A stretch of DNA of 64,000 bases from Planctomycetes bacterium UBA1146 (GCA_963579555.1 CAUZHA010000002.1:4307-68306); one strand, 5' to 3'. Counted from the first letter of the stretch, positions 1-10,009 are shown. Numbers and translations are program-made. Notes: generated by a model from the sequence alone, not told the origin.

Positions 1-1
1 C

Positions 2-907
2 GGCAGAACGGTGGCGGAGCTTGTCGTTAAAACGCCATCGGCCATGAAGCTCTCGCTTCAGCCCGCCTCCGGTGAAAACAGGATGGGGAATATGGCCGCG
101 CTGCGGAAATCTTTCTACGATTTCTATTCCAGGATGAAGGCTATCCAGGGGTCCGGCGGCGAGGCTCCGTTGATTGAAAAGACGAAGCTCTCCCTGACCG
201 ACCTGGTAAATACCCGTCCAGGCTGGGGAGAGATTGACTGGAAGAAGGTGCCGTCCGAAAAGGTCAGCGAGCGAGACCGGCCCATGCGAGACCTGGTGAG
301 GGGAAAGCTCCGCGCCTTTATCAACTGCCCGACCGCTTCCGATGTTTTCAAGGCTTTCGAGCTTATCGATGCCAACCATCTTGACGCGACGCTCGTGCTC
401 GGGCCGGACGCCTGGAAGCTTGCCGACATCCTGGCGGCTCGCAAGGGCCTCGGTCCTGTGATTATCAATTCGCAGCTTGAGGTTTGGGACAAGAATGATG
501 AGACCGGAGAGGAGAAGCGGCACATCACTCCCATCCTCCTTCACAAGGCTGGAGTTCCCTTCGTCCTGCAGGTGCTCTCCGATTCGAATTTCAATAAAGG
601 CCCCTACTTCGGGCGCAGCGGTCCCTACCATCACTGGTACCAGGCCGCGCGGCTGGTTCAGTTCGGTATGCCCAGGGACAAGGCCCTCGAAACCATCACG
701 ATCATTCCCGCCAGGCTCATCGGCATTGACAACCGTGTCGGCTCCATAGAGGCCGGCAAGGATGCGAACATCGCCATCTTCTCAGGTGATCCGCTCGATG
801 CCCGCAGCTGGGTTGAACGAGTCTTCATCGAGGGCAAGGAGGTCTATGAACGCAGCAAGGATCGTGACCTCGAGCGGTTGCTCAAGGATCCGGAGAGGTC
901 GTTCTGA
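2..907 (+). CDS. Amidohydrolase family protein, C-terminal portion (5' end lies outside window)
   Basis: Open frame runs to base 2 with no upstream stop. C-terminal motif GSIEAGKDANIAIFSGDPLD matches the tail of the downstream amidohydrolase paralogs. Length 298 aa versus about 420-470 aa for the paralogs implies truncation by the window edge. Confidence 0.6.
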   Translation, partial: GRTVAELVVKTPSAMKLSLQPASGENRMGNMAALRKSFYDFYSRMKAIQGSGGEAPLIEKTKLSLTDLVNTRPGWGEIDWKKVPSEKVSERDRPMRDLVRGKLRAFINCPTASDVFKAFELIDANHLDATLVLGPDAWKLADILAARKGLGPVIINSQLEVWDKNDETGEEKRHITPILLHKAGVPFVLQVLSDSNFNKGPYFGRSGPYHHWYQAARLVQFGMPRDKALETITIIPARLIGIDNRVGSIEAGKDANIAIFSGDPLDARSWVERVFIEGKEVYERSKDRDLERLLKDPERSF

Positions 908-945
908 AGCGCCTGTCCGGGAATAGAAAAACCAGGGAAAGAAAA

Positions 946-3489
946 ATGCAGAGACCCGTACATCCACGAGAGCTGAGCCCGGCAAGGGGCCGCGTAAGCG
1001 GCGCCCGGCGTATGGCTGCCTGGTGCCTGCTCGTCGTATTCGCGGCGCTTTTGCCGGCCGTTCTTCGTGCCGGAGAGGGAGCCCCGCCGCGCACCTTTGC
1101 CCTGCGCGGCGCGACGGTCTACACCGTCTCAGGGGAGATTTATGTGAACTCGAACCTGGTTGTCGAAGACGGCAGGATCAAGGCTGTTGGAAAAGATGTG
1201 AAAATCCCCGCCGGGATAAAGACCCATGACCTGCATGGCTACGTGGTTATGCCGGGTCTTCTTGACGCCGAGACCAACCTCGCCAGCGACAATAGGGAGA
1301 CGCTCGGGAGCCTGTCTCCCCAGGTCCAGGCGCTCGATGGTTGGGATTTTTATCGTGAAAACCGCGAGCTGCTCAAAGGCGGGGTGACCTCGGTCTACCT
1401 GGCGCCGGGAGTTCCAGTTGGGAAGACGAGAACGAGGCTGATTTCGGGGCAGGGAGCCGTGGTCAAGACCGCCGGCTTCAAGGCCAATCCCAGGATGCGA
1501 GTTGTTGCGGAATCGAGTGGTTTCCAGGTCACTCTTGGAGAGCTCTCCCGTATCCAGCCTTCGATCTACTCCCCTCCGATCGGGGCCTCACCGGACAATC
1601 CGTTCGAGGTGCTTGTGCCGCCGTTGCCCCAGTCCCGTGCCGGGGAGTTTCTTGCTCTCAGGCAGGTGATCTCCAGGGCCCGCGGATACCGCGATTCACT
1701 TGCCGGCCACCTGCGAGATGGAACCTCCCGACCGGCCTACGATCCCATCTCTGCGAGCCTCTACCCTGTTATAGCCGGTGGCGATCATCTCCGTGTGCGG
1801 GCCAATAAGGCGAGAGACATCTATCATATCCTCGAGCTTGCCCGCGAGGCTGGCATCAAGGTGGTGATCGAGGGGGGGGCCGAGGCCGAGAAGCTTACGT
1901 CCTGGCTTGCCAGGATGAAGGTCCCTGTGATTTTCCCCGGGGCGTTTCAGTCCGGCAAGCTGCCCGGGGGAGATCTGCAGAGTCCAGCCATCGAGGGCCG
2001 GCTCCAGGAGGAGTCCATCTTGAGGATGCATCGCGCCGGAGTCCAGGTGATACTTAACAGTCCTACCGATGCCGAGGGGAAGAACCTCCTCCTGCAGGCC
2101 GCCGCGGCGGTAAGAGTTGGAATGGAACCCCACGAGGCCCTGCGGACGATCACTCTGAATCCCGCGCGGGTCCTCGGGGTGGCTGACCGCATTGGCAGTA
2201 TCTCCGAGGGTAAAGACGCGGACCTGGTCGTACTCGGCGGTGACCCGCTGGGTGCCGACAACCATGTACAGGCCGTGTTCATCAATGGCGAGCTGGTGTT
2301 CAACCGGGCCCCTCCGATCACAGAAGATTGCACGGTCATTCGTGCCGGACGTCTCGTCATTGGCAGCGGCGCGGAGTATTCCAACGGCATCGTGATCGTC
2401 AGGAAAGGCAAGATCGAGTACGCTGGTCCCGGCCTGCTTCATGACGGAATGGACAAGGCTGTACGGGTTATCGACGCGTCTTCCCAGACGGTCATTCCCG
2501 GCCTGATCGATGCGGGTGGGACCGTCGGTTCTCGCGCCGAGTCCCTCGTGCCGGGCTTCGATGCGGCTCCCGGCAGCGCGGGGGCGGGGAAGGCAGCCGA
2601 TTTCAGGCTCGTCGACTCGATCGATCCGCGTGACCCCGCGTTGATGGAGCTGGTCCGAGCCGGAATTACGACGGCGCTGATAGCACCTCCGGTCGCCGGA
2701 CAGGTTTCCGCCCTGAAGCTTGCGGCCAATGATCCTGCAGCCGCGGTGATCAAGCCCTACGCTGCGCAGTATTTCTCCAATTCATCGAGCAAAACCCTCA
2801 AGGCCGCCAAGGCCTACCATGACAGCTGGGTAGCGTTTGAGAAGAAGAAGGAGGCGGCGGAGAAAAAAGGCGCTGAATTCAAGGACAAGGCACCCAAGCT
2901 CCAGGAAGCCTATGAGCCTTACAGGGCGCTTTTCACGGGCGCGGTTCCGGCGCTGGTCGAGGCGCCCAATGCCGCATCTATTCCCGCCATCGTCGCGCTC
3001 TACACCGACCAGTATAAAATCCGGGTTCTCTGCAGCGGTCTCGCTTCGCTGAAAAGAGATGAGAACCTCGCCGAGATGGCCGGCCTGCTCCTTGCCAAGA
3101 CGGGGGGGCTTGTCCTGCAGAATCCACTGGTCGTCAAGCAGGGCAACAAGACGGTTAACTGGCCTCAGCGGTTGAGCGCTCTCGGTGTCAGCTTCTCAGT
3201 TCGTTCCCGAGTCGCCGATGGAGCCAGGCTCTTGCCCCTGCAGGTGTCCTACGCTGTTCGAGAAGGCTGGAATTCACGGCTTGCCCTGCGCTCGATGACC
3301 ACCGTGCCCGCGGAGCAGTTCGGGATCTCCGACCGGGTGGGCAGCATCGAGAAGGGCAAGGATGCGGATCTCGTCATTCTTTCCGGCGAGCCCTTCTCAC
3401 TAACGTCCAGGGTTCTTGGAGTGATGGTCGATGGGAAGCTGGTGCATGGAGTCGATAAATTCAAAGAACAGGTAGATGCAAATGAATAG
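946..3489 (+). CDS. Secreted tandem-domain amidohydrolase family protein (two amidohydrolase-like modules)
   Basis: 847 aa with an N-terminal signal peptide (LLVVFAALLPAVLRAGEG). Two amidohydrolase C-terminal signatures: GSISEGKDADLVVLGGDPLG and GSIEKGKDADLVILSGEP. The positions where the HxH metal motif is expected read PGLLDAETN and PGLIDAGGT, so both modules lack HxH. Confidence 0.75.
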   Translation: MQRPVHPRELSPARGRVSGARRMAAWCLLVVFAALLPAVLRAGEGAPPRTFALRGATVYTVSGEIYVNSNLVVEDGRIKAVGKDVKIPAGIKTHDLHGYVVMPGLLDAETNLASDNRETLGSLSPQVQALDGWDFYRENRELLKGGVTSVYLAPGVPVGKTRTRLISGQGAVVKTAGFKANPRMRVVAESSGFQVTLGELSRIQPSIYSPPIGASPDNPFEVLVPPLPQSRAGEFLALRQVISRARGYRDSLAGHLRDGTSRPAYDPISASLYPVIAGGDHLRVRANKARDIYHILELAREAGIKVVIEGGAEAEKLTSWLARMKVPVIFPGAFQSGKLPGGDLQSPAIEGRLQEESILRMHRAGVQVILNSPTDAEGKNLLLQAAAAVRVGMEPHEALRTITLNPARVLGVADRIGSISEGKDADLVVLGGDPLGADNHVQAVFINGELVFNRAPPITEDCTVIRAGRLVIGSGAEYSNGIVIVRKGKIEYAGPGLLHDGMDKAVRVIDASSQTVIPGLIDAGGTVGSRAESLVPGFDAAPGSAGAGKAADFRLVDSIDPRDPALMELVRAGITTALIAPPVAGQVSALKLAANDPAAAVIKPYAAQYFSNSSSKTLKAAKAYHDSWVAFEKKKEAAEKKGAEFKDKAPKLQEAYEPYRALFTGAVPALVEAPNAASIPAIVALYTDQYKIRVLCSGLASLKRDENLAEMAGLLLAKTGGLVLQNPLVVKQGNKTVNWPQRLSALGVSFSVRSRVADGARLLPLQVSYAVREGWNSRLALRSMTTVPAEQFGISDRVGSIEKGKDADLVILSGEPFSLTSRVLGVMVDGKLVHGVDKFKEQVDANE

Positions 3490-4732
3490 ATCCTGGAAGG
3501 CTGCCATACTTCTGCTCGCGGTGAGTTTTCTCGCCCGGTCGCTTTATTGCGAAGACGGCATCTCTGCGCAGCGGTGGGCCATTCGAGGCGGCAAGATCGT
3601 CACCGTGACAAAGGGAGTTGTCGAGGGAGGAGTCCTGCTCGTCTCAGGCGGTCGCATCGAAAAGATTATCGCGGCGCCCGCATCGGACTGGAAGCCCCCG
3701 GCGGGCTACCAGCTTATCGATGCCAGCGGGCGTTGGATCGTCCCCGGCTTTGTGGAGCTCCACTCGCATATCGCAGGCGGCGACCTCAACGATATGGTCT
3801 ACTCGGTGAACCCGGGCTTCAGGACGCTCGACAACATCATGCCCCGCAACGCCCTGCTCAAGAGAGCCCAGGCCGGCGGGGTGACCACGGCGCTCTTCAT
3901 TCCCGGCAGCGGTACGAATATGGGAGGCTTTGGCACCCTGATCAAGACCGCGGGGAAGGATCTCAGTGAGATGCTCATACGTTTCCCCGGCGCCCTGAAG
4001 ATCGCCCAGGGAGGCAATCCCGAGCGGCGTGGAGGCGATCTCGGCTATTCCAGGATCGGCATGAACTGGTTGATCCGTAACGCCCTGAAGGAGGGCAAGC
4101 TCTATACCGAGGCCTGGGATGCGTGGGAGGCTGACAAAACGAAAAAGAAGCCGGTCAAGAATCCCCGCCTGGAAATGTTCCGCGGACTGTTTCACAAGGA
4201 GTACCCGGTCGTGGTTCATACCCAGGGATATCAGCTCATCCTTTCGACCATCAGGCTCCTGCATGACGAGATGGGACTCTGGGTCGTTATAGATCACGGC
4301 ACCTTTGATGGCTTCGAGCTGGCTCCGGAGGTTGCGAAGCGCGGCATCCAGGTGATGAATGGCCCCCGACAGTTCCGCTGGGACAATCGCCGCGGAGGTT
4401 TCCGGGGTCTCGCCTACGAATGGTATCGCGGTGGAATCAAGACGGTTGGCGTCAACACCGACGCTCCCGTGGTTCCCGCGGAGGAGCTCATCTACCAGGC
4501 GGCCATGGCCGTACGCCTGGGGCTCAAGGAAGATGTGGCCCTCGCGGGTATCACCATCCATGCCGCCCGGGCCCTTGGAGTGGAAAAGAGAATCGGAAGC
4601 CTCGAGGCCGGCAAGGATGCGGATATCGTCATCTGGACAGGTGACCCACTCGATCCGCGCCAGTCGGTGGTGCTGACGATGGTGAATGGAAAGATAGCCT
4701 ACGACACGAGCAAGGAGCCCCAGCGTTTCTGA
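3476..4732 (+). CDS. Secreted amidohydrolase (canonical metal-binding HxH retained)
   Basis: Signal peptide present. N-terminal PGFVELHSHIAGG carries the HxH motif, and the C-terminal GSLEAGKDADIVIWTGDPLD signature is present. Overlaps the upstream gene by 14 nt, consistent with an operon. Confidence 0.8.
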   Translation: MQMNRSWKAAILLLAVSFLARSLYCEDGISAQRWAIRGGKIVTVTKGVVEGGVLLVSGGRIEKIIAAPASDWKPPAGYQLIDASGRWIVPGFVELHSHIAGGDLNDMVYSVNPGFRTLDNIMPRNALLKRAQAGGVTTALFIPGSGTNMGGFGTLIKTAGKDLSEMLIRFPGALKIAQGGNPERRGGDLGYSRIGMNWLIRNALKEGKLYTEAWDAWEADKTKKKPVKNPRLEMFRGLFHKEYPVVVHTQGYQLILSTIRLLHDEMGLWVVIDHGTFDGFELAPEVAKRGIQVMNGPRQFRWDNRRGGFRGLAYEWYRGGIKTVGVNTDAPVVPAEELIYQAAMAVRLGLKEDVALAGITIHAARALGVEKRIGSLEAGKDADIVIWTGDPLDPRQSVVLTMVNGKIAYDTSKEPQRF

Positions 4733-4754
4733 GGCCGCTGGAGCGGAGTCTGTT

Positions 4755-6158
4755 ATGAGATTAAAGATGTACCAGGATCAAGACAATCGCGGGCGCGGCC
4801 GAGCGCGGATCGCCCGGCTGCTTCTGCCGGTGCTGCTCGCTGTTCTCAGTCCCGCCGTGGCGGCGGGCGAGGAGGTGGTGGCCTATCGAGCCGGGAAGAT
4901 CATTCGCTCCGCCGGGGAGGCGGCCGCTCCCGGGATCCTGATCGTTCGTGACGGCAAGATTGAAGATGTGCTTGCCGCGGGCGCGAAGACCCCGGAGGGA
5001 GCGAAGGTCGTCGAGCTGCCAGGGGCGGTCGTTCTTCCAGGCCTGGTGAATCCTCTCAGCGGGATCAGCCAGGTGAACTTCACCTCGGGCCCGGGAAGAG
5101 CCTCCCAGTCGAACTCGTCTCCCACCGATGGACGCAAGGCTGTCGGCCTGTCGTCTCTGAACCTGAAGCACGAGGTCTACAGGCGTCTTGGACGAACCGG
5201 CTATACCACCTTCGCGGTGGTTCCCAACGATACCCGGGGACTCATCGCCGGCCAGGCCTCCGTTATCAGGCCCGCCCTTGGTAAGGAGAAGGATCCCGGG
5301 GAGCTGGTCCTGGAAAAATCGGCCTATCTCCTGCTGGGCTTTTCCTCCGGAAAGGCCTGGCATGATGCCGGCCTTCGCTACCTGAAAAAGGCGGTTGACG
5401 ATATTCTCAAGGAGAAGGCGGCGAAGAAGAAGGCTGAGGAGGACGCGCGCAAGAAAGCCGAGGCAGCCAAGAAAAAGGCCTCCCAACCGTCAACAGGAGA
5501 GAAGAAACCAGCTCCCGCTCCCCCGCCGGCCAAGCCTGCCGCGGCCAAGCCGCCGGCCAAGCCCAAGGCTCCGGATCCCCTGGTCCAGCTTTTCAAGGGT
5601 GAGAAGAAGGCCTTTGTCAGGGTGACGAGCCCGGCCGCCCTCGCTCATTTCTTCGTCTTCTTTGACAAGCTGCCGATCAAATTCCAGTTTGTCCTGGTGA
5701 CAGGTCCGCAGCCTCCGGAGGTCGTCGAGATGCTCATCGAGCGCAGGAAGCAGATCACGGCCGTTATCCTGGAGCCTCGCATGGGACGGATCCCGGAGAC
5801 GAGTATCTATGTCAACACAGCGAGGTTGTTCCTTCGCAGCGGTATGCCGGTGGCTTTTGTTCCCCTGAGGGACACCATCGATGGACACCGGGAGATCTTC
5901 TTTCAGCTTGCCGCGATGGTCAAGTCGGGGGTCCTTCCCCATGAGGCTCTTGCGGGCGTGACCTCGGTTCCCGCTGACATTGTTGGCCTTGGCGCGAAGG
6001 TGGGCAGCCTCAAAAAGGGAGGTCTGGCCAATTTTGCCTGCTATGACAGGGATCCCCTCTCAGGGACAGCCAGGCTGCTCGCGGTTTATGTCGAGGGCCG
6101 GAAAGTTTTCGAGGATGATCCTTCTACCGGAGAGTTGAGCGGGGAGGCGATTCGATGA
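4755..6158 (+). CDS. Amidohydrolase-like protein with internal Lys/Pro/Ala-rich linker
   Basis: Signal peptide present. PGLVNPLSGIS stands in place of the HxH motif. Contains a low-complexity KKKAEEDARKKAEAAKKKASQPSTGEKKPAPAPPPAKPAAAKPPAKPKAP linker. The C-terminal domain is related to the neighbouring paralogs (KVGSLKKGGLANFACYD). Confidence 0.65.
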   Translation: MRLKMYQDQDNRGRGRARIARLLLPVLLAVLSPAVAAGEEVVAYRAGKIIRSAGEAAAPGILIVRDGKIEDVLAAGAKTPEGAKVVELPGAVVLPGLVNPLSGISQVNFTSGPGRASQSNSSPTDGRKAVGLSSLNLKHEVYRRLGRTGYTTFAVVPNDTRGLIAGQASVIRPALGKEKDPGELVLEKSAYLLLGFSSGKAWHDAGLRYLKKAVDDILKEKAAKKKAEEDARKKAEAAKKKASQPSTGEKKPAPAPPPAKPAAAKPPAKPKAPDPLVQLFKGEKKAFVRVTSPAALAHFFVFFDKLPIKFQFVLVTGPQPPEVVEMLIERRKQITAVILEPRMGRIPETSIYVNTARLFLRSGMPVAFVPLRDTIDGHREIFFQLAAMVKSGVLPHEALAGVTSVPADIVGLGAKVGSLKKGGLANFACYDRDPLSGTARLLAVYVEGRKVFEDDPSTGELSGEAIR

Positions 6159-7450
6159 CCATTAGAACACGCGAGCCGGCCGTACTACTTTCTCTCGTCC
6201 TGTCAGCGTTTTTCTGCGCCTTGCTTGGCGCTGAGGAGACCAAGGAAAAAGAGAAGAAGCCCGTCGTCCAGGCGGTCGTCGGCGCCACCGTTCTGCCGGT
6301 CTCCGGCCCCATGGTGCGCCGAGGCACCGTGATCTGGAAGGATGGAAAAATCCTCGAGGTTGCGGCCGAGCTCGCAGCGCCGGAAGGCGCCCGGGTTCAT
6401 GACGCTGAGGGCCTGTATGTTTGTCCGGGCTTTGTCTCTGTAGTCGCCATGGGGGTGGGGATCGAGACCAGCTCGGGCAATATCGGCAATGGTCTGAATC
6501 CCTGGGATCGTGAGCTTACGATAGCCCTCGCCAATGGAATCACGACGATGCAGGTGCTTCCAGCCCCGTTCTTTGGCGGCTTCGGACAGGATGGTCCACT
6601 TCGCGGCGGCAGCAATTCAGCGATTATCAAGCTCACCCAGGGTGACCTGGGGGGGATGCTGGTGAAGGAACCGGCGATGAACTATTTCTCGTTACCCACT
6701 CGCCAGCTGGAGCTTAACTATTTTCTTTTGAGAGAGCGCTTCAAGCAGGCAAAGGCCTATCTCGCCAAGCGAGCCGAGGCCCGGGCGAAGAAGGCCACCG
6801 AACCGAAGCTCATCTCGAGCCTCAAGCTCTATGTGAGTGTTCTGGAAAATACCCGCCCGACGGTTTTTTCTCCGGCCAATAACCACGAGGTGAAGATCGT
6901 TCTCTCCCTCAGCAGGGAGTACGGTTTTGACGCCGTACTCAACGAGCCCAAGGACGCCTGGATGATGGCGGCGGACCTGGCGGTCGCGAACGTGCCGGTG
7001 CTGGTCAAGTCACGTGGCCCCGATTTCGATTTCAACACTACCGGGCCCCTGTTTGAAAAAGGCCAGATGGCTCCCGTTCGTCGTCCTGCAGCCTTTGTCC
7101 GGGCCGGGTGCCAGGTCTCGATTCTTCCCTATCGCCGCGGGATCAGCCTGGCGGGTCTTGCCGGGCGCGACCTGGGCACCCTGCATATGGACGCGGCCTT
7201 TGCCGTACGCGGCGGAATGTCGAATGAAGACGCCCTGAAGGCCATCACCCTGAACCCTGCCCGCACGCTTCGTGTGGATGACCGGCTGGGTAGTCTTGAA
7301 AAAGGAAAAGACGCCGACCTGCTGATCCTGAGTGGACATCCGCTTGATTACCGAAGCTTCGTCCTCAAGGCCTTCATCAACGGCAAGCTCTACTATGATC
7401 GTGAAAAGTCGAGGATCTACCGCGAGATCCCGCTGACCGGAGAGAAGTAG
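6155..7450 (+). CDS. Secreted amidohydrolase family protein (HxH absent)
   Basis: Signal peptide present. PGFVSVVAMGVG stands at the expected HxH position. C-terminal GSLEKGKDADLLILSGHPLD signature. 4-nt overlap with the upstream gene. Confidence 0.75.
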   Translation: MTIRTREPAVLLSLVLSAFFCALLGAEETKEKEKKPVVQAVVGATVLPVSGPMVRRGTVIWKDGKILEVAAELAAPEGARVHDAEGLYVCPGFVSVVAMGVGIETSSGNIGNGLNPWDRELTIALANGITTMQVLPAPFFGGFGQDGPLRGGSNSAIIKLTQGDLGGMLVKEPAMNYFSLPTRQLELNYFLLRERFKQAKAYLAKRAEARAKKATEPKLISSLKLYVSVLENTRPTVFSPANNHEVKIVLSLSREYGFDAVLNEPKDAWMMAADLAVANVPVLVKSRGPDFDFNTTGPLFEKGQMAPVRRPAAFVRAGCQVSILPYRRGISLAGLAGRDLGTLHMDAAFAVRGGMSNEDALKAITLNPARTLRVDDRLGSLEKGKDADLLILSGHPLDYRSFVLKAFINGKLYYDREKSRIYREIPLTGEK

Positions 7451-7504
7451 AGCAATCTTCACCGAAGGGCTTTTCGAGGGGCGTTTTAGCGGTAGAATCC
7501 GGCT

Positions 7505-9034
7505 ATGTCGCCTTCTCTCCTGAAGCTCAAATTCGCGGTGTCTGTTGCGCTCGCGGCCGGGATGATCTTCCTCTCCTCCTGCGGGAAGGATCCGGTCGCG
7601 CTCGAACAGGCGGCGACTCCCGAGAAGAGGGTGGAGACCTTCTGCTCTGCCTGCCATCTCCTGCCTCCTCCGGCAACGCTCCCGCGCGGGATGTGGGAAC
7701 GCAAGATCGATGAGATGTACGAGCTGGCCAGGGGGTCGCAGAAAGAGCTGCCGGCCGGGTTGCCGCCGCGAGGGGAGGTGATCACCTATTTCACCAGCCG
7801 CGCGCCAGAGGGACTGCCGGGTCTCTCCCATACGGTCGGCAGGAGGAGTCCCGTCCTCGGCTTCGATCCCATCGGGGTTCGCATCGGCGGGCTCGAATCT
7901 TATCCCGGCGTCTCCAGCGTTCGGCTTGTCAACCTGTCGAGTGTGGATCGCTTTGATCTGCTGATCTGCGAGATGCGCTTCGGCCTGGTGCTGGCGGCGC
8001 GACCTGATCTCGAGCCTCTCGATATACGTGTACTTGGCCGTTGCGACAATCCCTGCACCGCTGAGGTTGTTGACCTCGACCGGGACGGGCACCGTGACCT
8101 GCTCGTCGCGGACCTGGGAACAAGAACGCCGTCTGATGTCAAAAATGGCAAGGTGCTCTGGTTTCGCGGTGATGCGAAGGGGGAGTTCGACGTCATTCCA
8201 CTGGCCAGCGGCCTCGGGCGGGTAGCTCATTGCCAGGCGGCCGATTTTGATGGTGACGGCGATCTCGACATCGTCGTGGCGGTTTTCGGCTGGCGTAAGG
8301 TCGGGAACATCCTGCTTCTTGAAAATGAGACCTCAGATTTTTCTTCTCCCCGGTTCGTGCCGTATGTTCTCGATCCGCGCCCTGGAGCGATCCATGTTCC
8401 TGTTGTGGATCTTGACGGGGATGGTGACCAGGATTTTGTCGCCCTGATATCGCAGCACCATGAGATGATCGTCGCCTTTCTTAACGATGGCAGCGGGGGC
8501 TTCAGGAAGGAGACTGTTTTTCGGGCGCCGCATCCGAACTGGGGATCGACTGGTATCCAGCTGGTCGATATGGACAGGGATGGCGATCTTGACGTCCTCT
8601 CCAGCAATGGCGACAGCCTGGATGATTTTATTCCGAAGCCCTATCACGGCATCCAATGGCATGAGAACGACGGCAGCTATCCATTCCGGGTTCATCCGCT
8701 GACCAATCTCTACGGCTGCAACGCGGCGAAGGCCGCTGATATCGATGGAGACGGGGACGTGGATATCTTCGCCAGTGTCTTCCTGCCCTACATCAGGAAG
8801 GAAACTCCCGGCTCGGAGTTCACCGAGTCGCTGATCTGGCTGGAGCAGGTTGAGCCGGGGCGTTTCGAGCGTTACTCGCTGGAAAAGATGGCCTGCTTCC
8901 ATCCAACGCTTGACCTCGGTGATTTCGACAATGATGGCGACATGGATTTCGTGGTTGGAAATATGACCATGGCCAGGCGCAAGGAGGACACCCTGGCGTA
9001 TTGGGCCGTGCTGTGGAAGAACACGCGTCGCTGA
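7505..9034 (+). CDS. FG-GAP/VCBS-repeat lipoprotein with N-terminal CxxCH heme-binding-type motif
   Basis: Lipoprotein signal (LSSCGK). CSACH motif near the N-terminus. Six Asp-rich FG-GAP-like repeats (DLDRDGHRDLLVAD, DFDGDGDLDIVVA, DLDGDGDQDFVAL, DMDRDGDLDVLSS, DIDGDGDVDIFAS, DFDNDGDMDFVVG). Confidence 0.7.
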   Translation: MSPSLLKLKFAVSVALAAGMIFLSSCGKDPVALEQAATPEKRVETFCSACHLLPPPATLPRGMWERKIDEMYELARGSQKELPAGLPPRGEVITYFTSRAPEGLPGLSHTVGRRSPVLGFDPIGVRIGGLESYPGVSSVRLVNLSSVDRFDLLICEMRFGLVLAARPDLEPLDIRVLGRCDNPCTAEVVDLDRDGHRDLLVADLGTRTPSDVKNGKVLWFRGDAKGEFDVIPLASGLGRVAHCQAADFDGDGDLDIVVAVFGWRKVGNILLLENETSDFSSPRFVPYVLDPRPGAIHVPVVDLDGDGDQDFVALISQHHEMIVAFLNDGSGGFRKETVFRAPHPNWGSTGIQLVDMDRDGDLDVLSSNGDSLDDFIPKPYHGIQWHENDGSYPFRVHPLTNLYGCNAAKAADIDGDGDVDIFASVFLPYIRKETPGSEFTESLIWLEQVEPGRFERYSLEKMACFHPTLDLGDFDNDGDMDFVVGNMTMARRKEDTLAYWAVLWKNTRR

Positions 9035-9052
9035 GAGGTCTGCGGGGCTGTC

Positions 9053-9439
9053 TCAGGCCGACTTGAGGTTCCTCACCCTGAGCCGGTTGTGGAGACTGGA
9101 GCCAAGCTCCTTGAGCGAGCTCCTGATTATTCTTGATATGGCGACGGCGGACTCGAGGCGTCTTGAGTCCAGGAGAAGTCGATTCTCGTAGTCGTCAAAT
9201 TCGACAAGGCGGGCCTCGGGCCAGGGGGCGGCTATCTTTGCGAGGCCTGCCGCCCGACCTGTCTTTGCGGATTTCTTGATTGCTGGCCAGAAGCTCATCA
9301 CGGCCTCGTTCTGATTGAAGAATATTCTACCGCTCAGGTGACAGACTTTGTCACTAATGACAAATCCGGGCGCGCCAGGTGTCGTTCTTTGCTCGCGGAT
9401 CGGTTGGCTTAAGGGTTTATGTTCTTTCGGAGTAAGCAC
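9053..9439 (-). CDS. Hypothetical protein
   Basis: 128-aa ORF convergent with the FG-GAP gene. Amino-acid composition is plausible but no motif was recognised. Confidence 0.35.
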   Translation of the reverse strand: MLTPKEHKPLSQPIREQRTTPGAPGFVISDKVCHLSGRIFFNQNEAVMSFWPAIKKSAKTGRAAGLAKIAAPWPEARLVEFDDYENRLLLDSRRLESAVAISRIIRSSLKELGSSLHNRLRVRNLKSA

Positions 9440-9615
9440 TTGTGATTATTAAACAGGTTGGCACGGGACTTGATCTGTATTCCGAGGGGAAGCAGTGTAG
9501 ATAGCCGGTAATGATCAGAGAAATTGTCGAGGTAGAGTGGTTGCCAGGATCAGCGTTTGGACAAAATGAGGATTCACGCCCTGCGGCGGGTCCCTACGGA
9601 TTCGAGGTTCTCTCT

Positions 9616-9996
9616 ATGGAGGATGCTTGCGTCCGCACCGATGAGACGCGGGAGCGCGGCTTCAGCCTGCTCGAGGTCGCCTTGTCGACGGTGATTCTCG
9701 GCGCGGTGCTCATCGGTACGCTCGGCTCGCTTTCAGTTGCGGCCATCGGCCAGCGTCACGATGGGTCGAGGGTGGAGAGCCAGCTGCTGCTGTCTCGTGT
9801 CATGGAGGAGCTCCGAGCCACGGCGTTCAATTCACTGGTGAGCTATGATGGGACCTGGATCGAGGAGGGCCGGCATCGAGCCGACATCAATGTCTCTCCC
9901 CGCGGCCCCGGCCTGCTCAAGCTCTCAGTGAGGGTTTGGCAGCTGGAAAATGAGGAGATCGAGACACGCGGGGTCCTGCTGGTTACGAGCCCCTAG
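9616..9996 (+). CDS. Prepilin-type N-terminal cleavage/methylation domain protein (pseudopilin-like)
   Basis: A start at the internal ATG gives a 15-aa leader MEDACVRTDETRERG, followed by FSLLEVALSTVILGAVLIG. This fits the G-F-[ST]-L-[LI]-E prepilin signature with a hydrophobic helix. Confidence 0.55.
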   Translation: MEDACVRTDETRERGFSLLEVALSTVILGAVLIGTLGSLSVAAIGQRHDGSRVESQLLLSRVMEELRATAFNSLVSYDGTWIEEGRHRADINVSPRGPGLLKLSVRVWQLENEEIETRGVLLVTSP

Positions 9997-10009
9997 GAGC
10001 TTTTTTCTG

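Noticed and set aside
7010-8230. 406-aa minus-strand ORF
   Set aside because: Antisense to the FG-GAP lipoprotein and to the end of an amidohydrolase. R-rich low-complexity translation.
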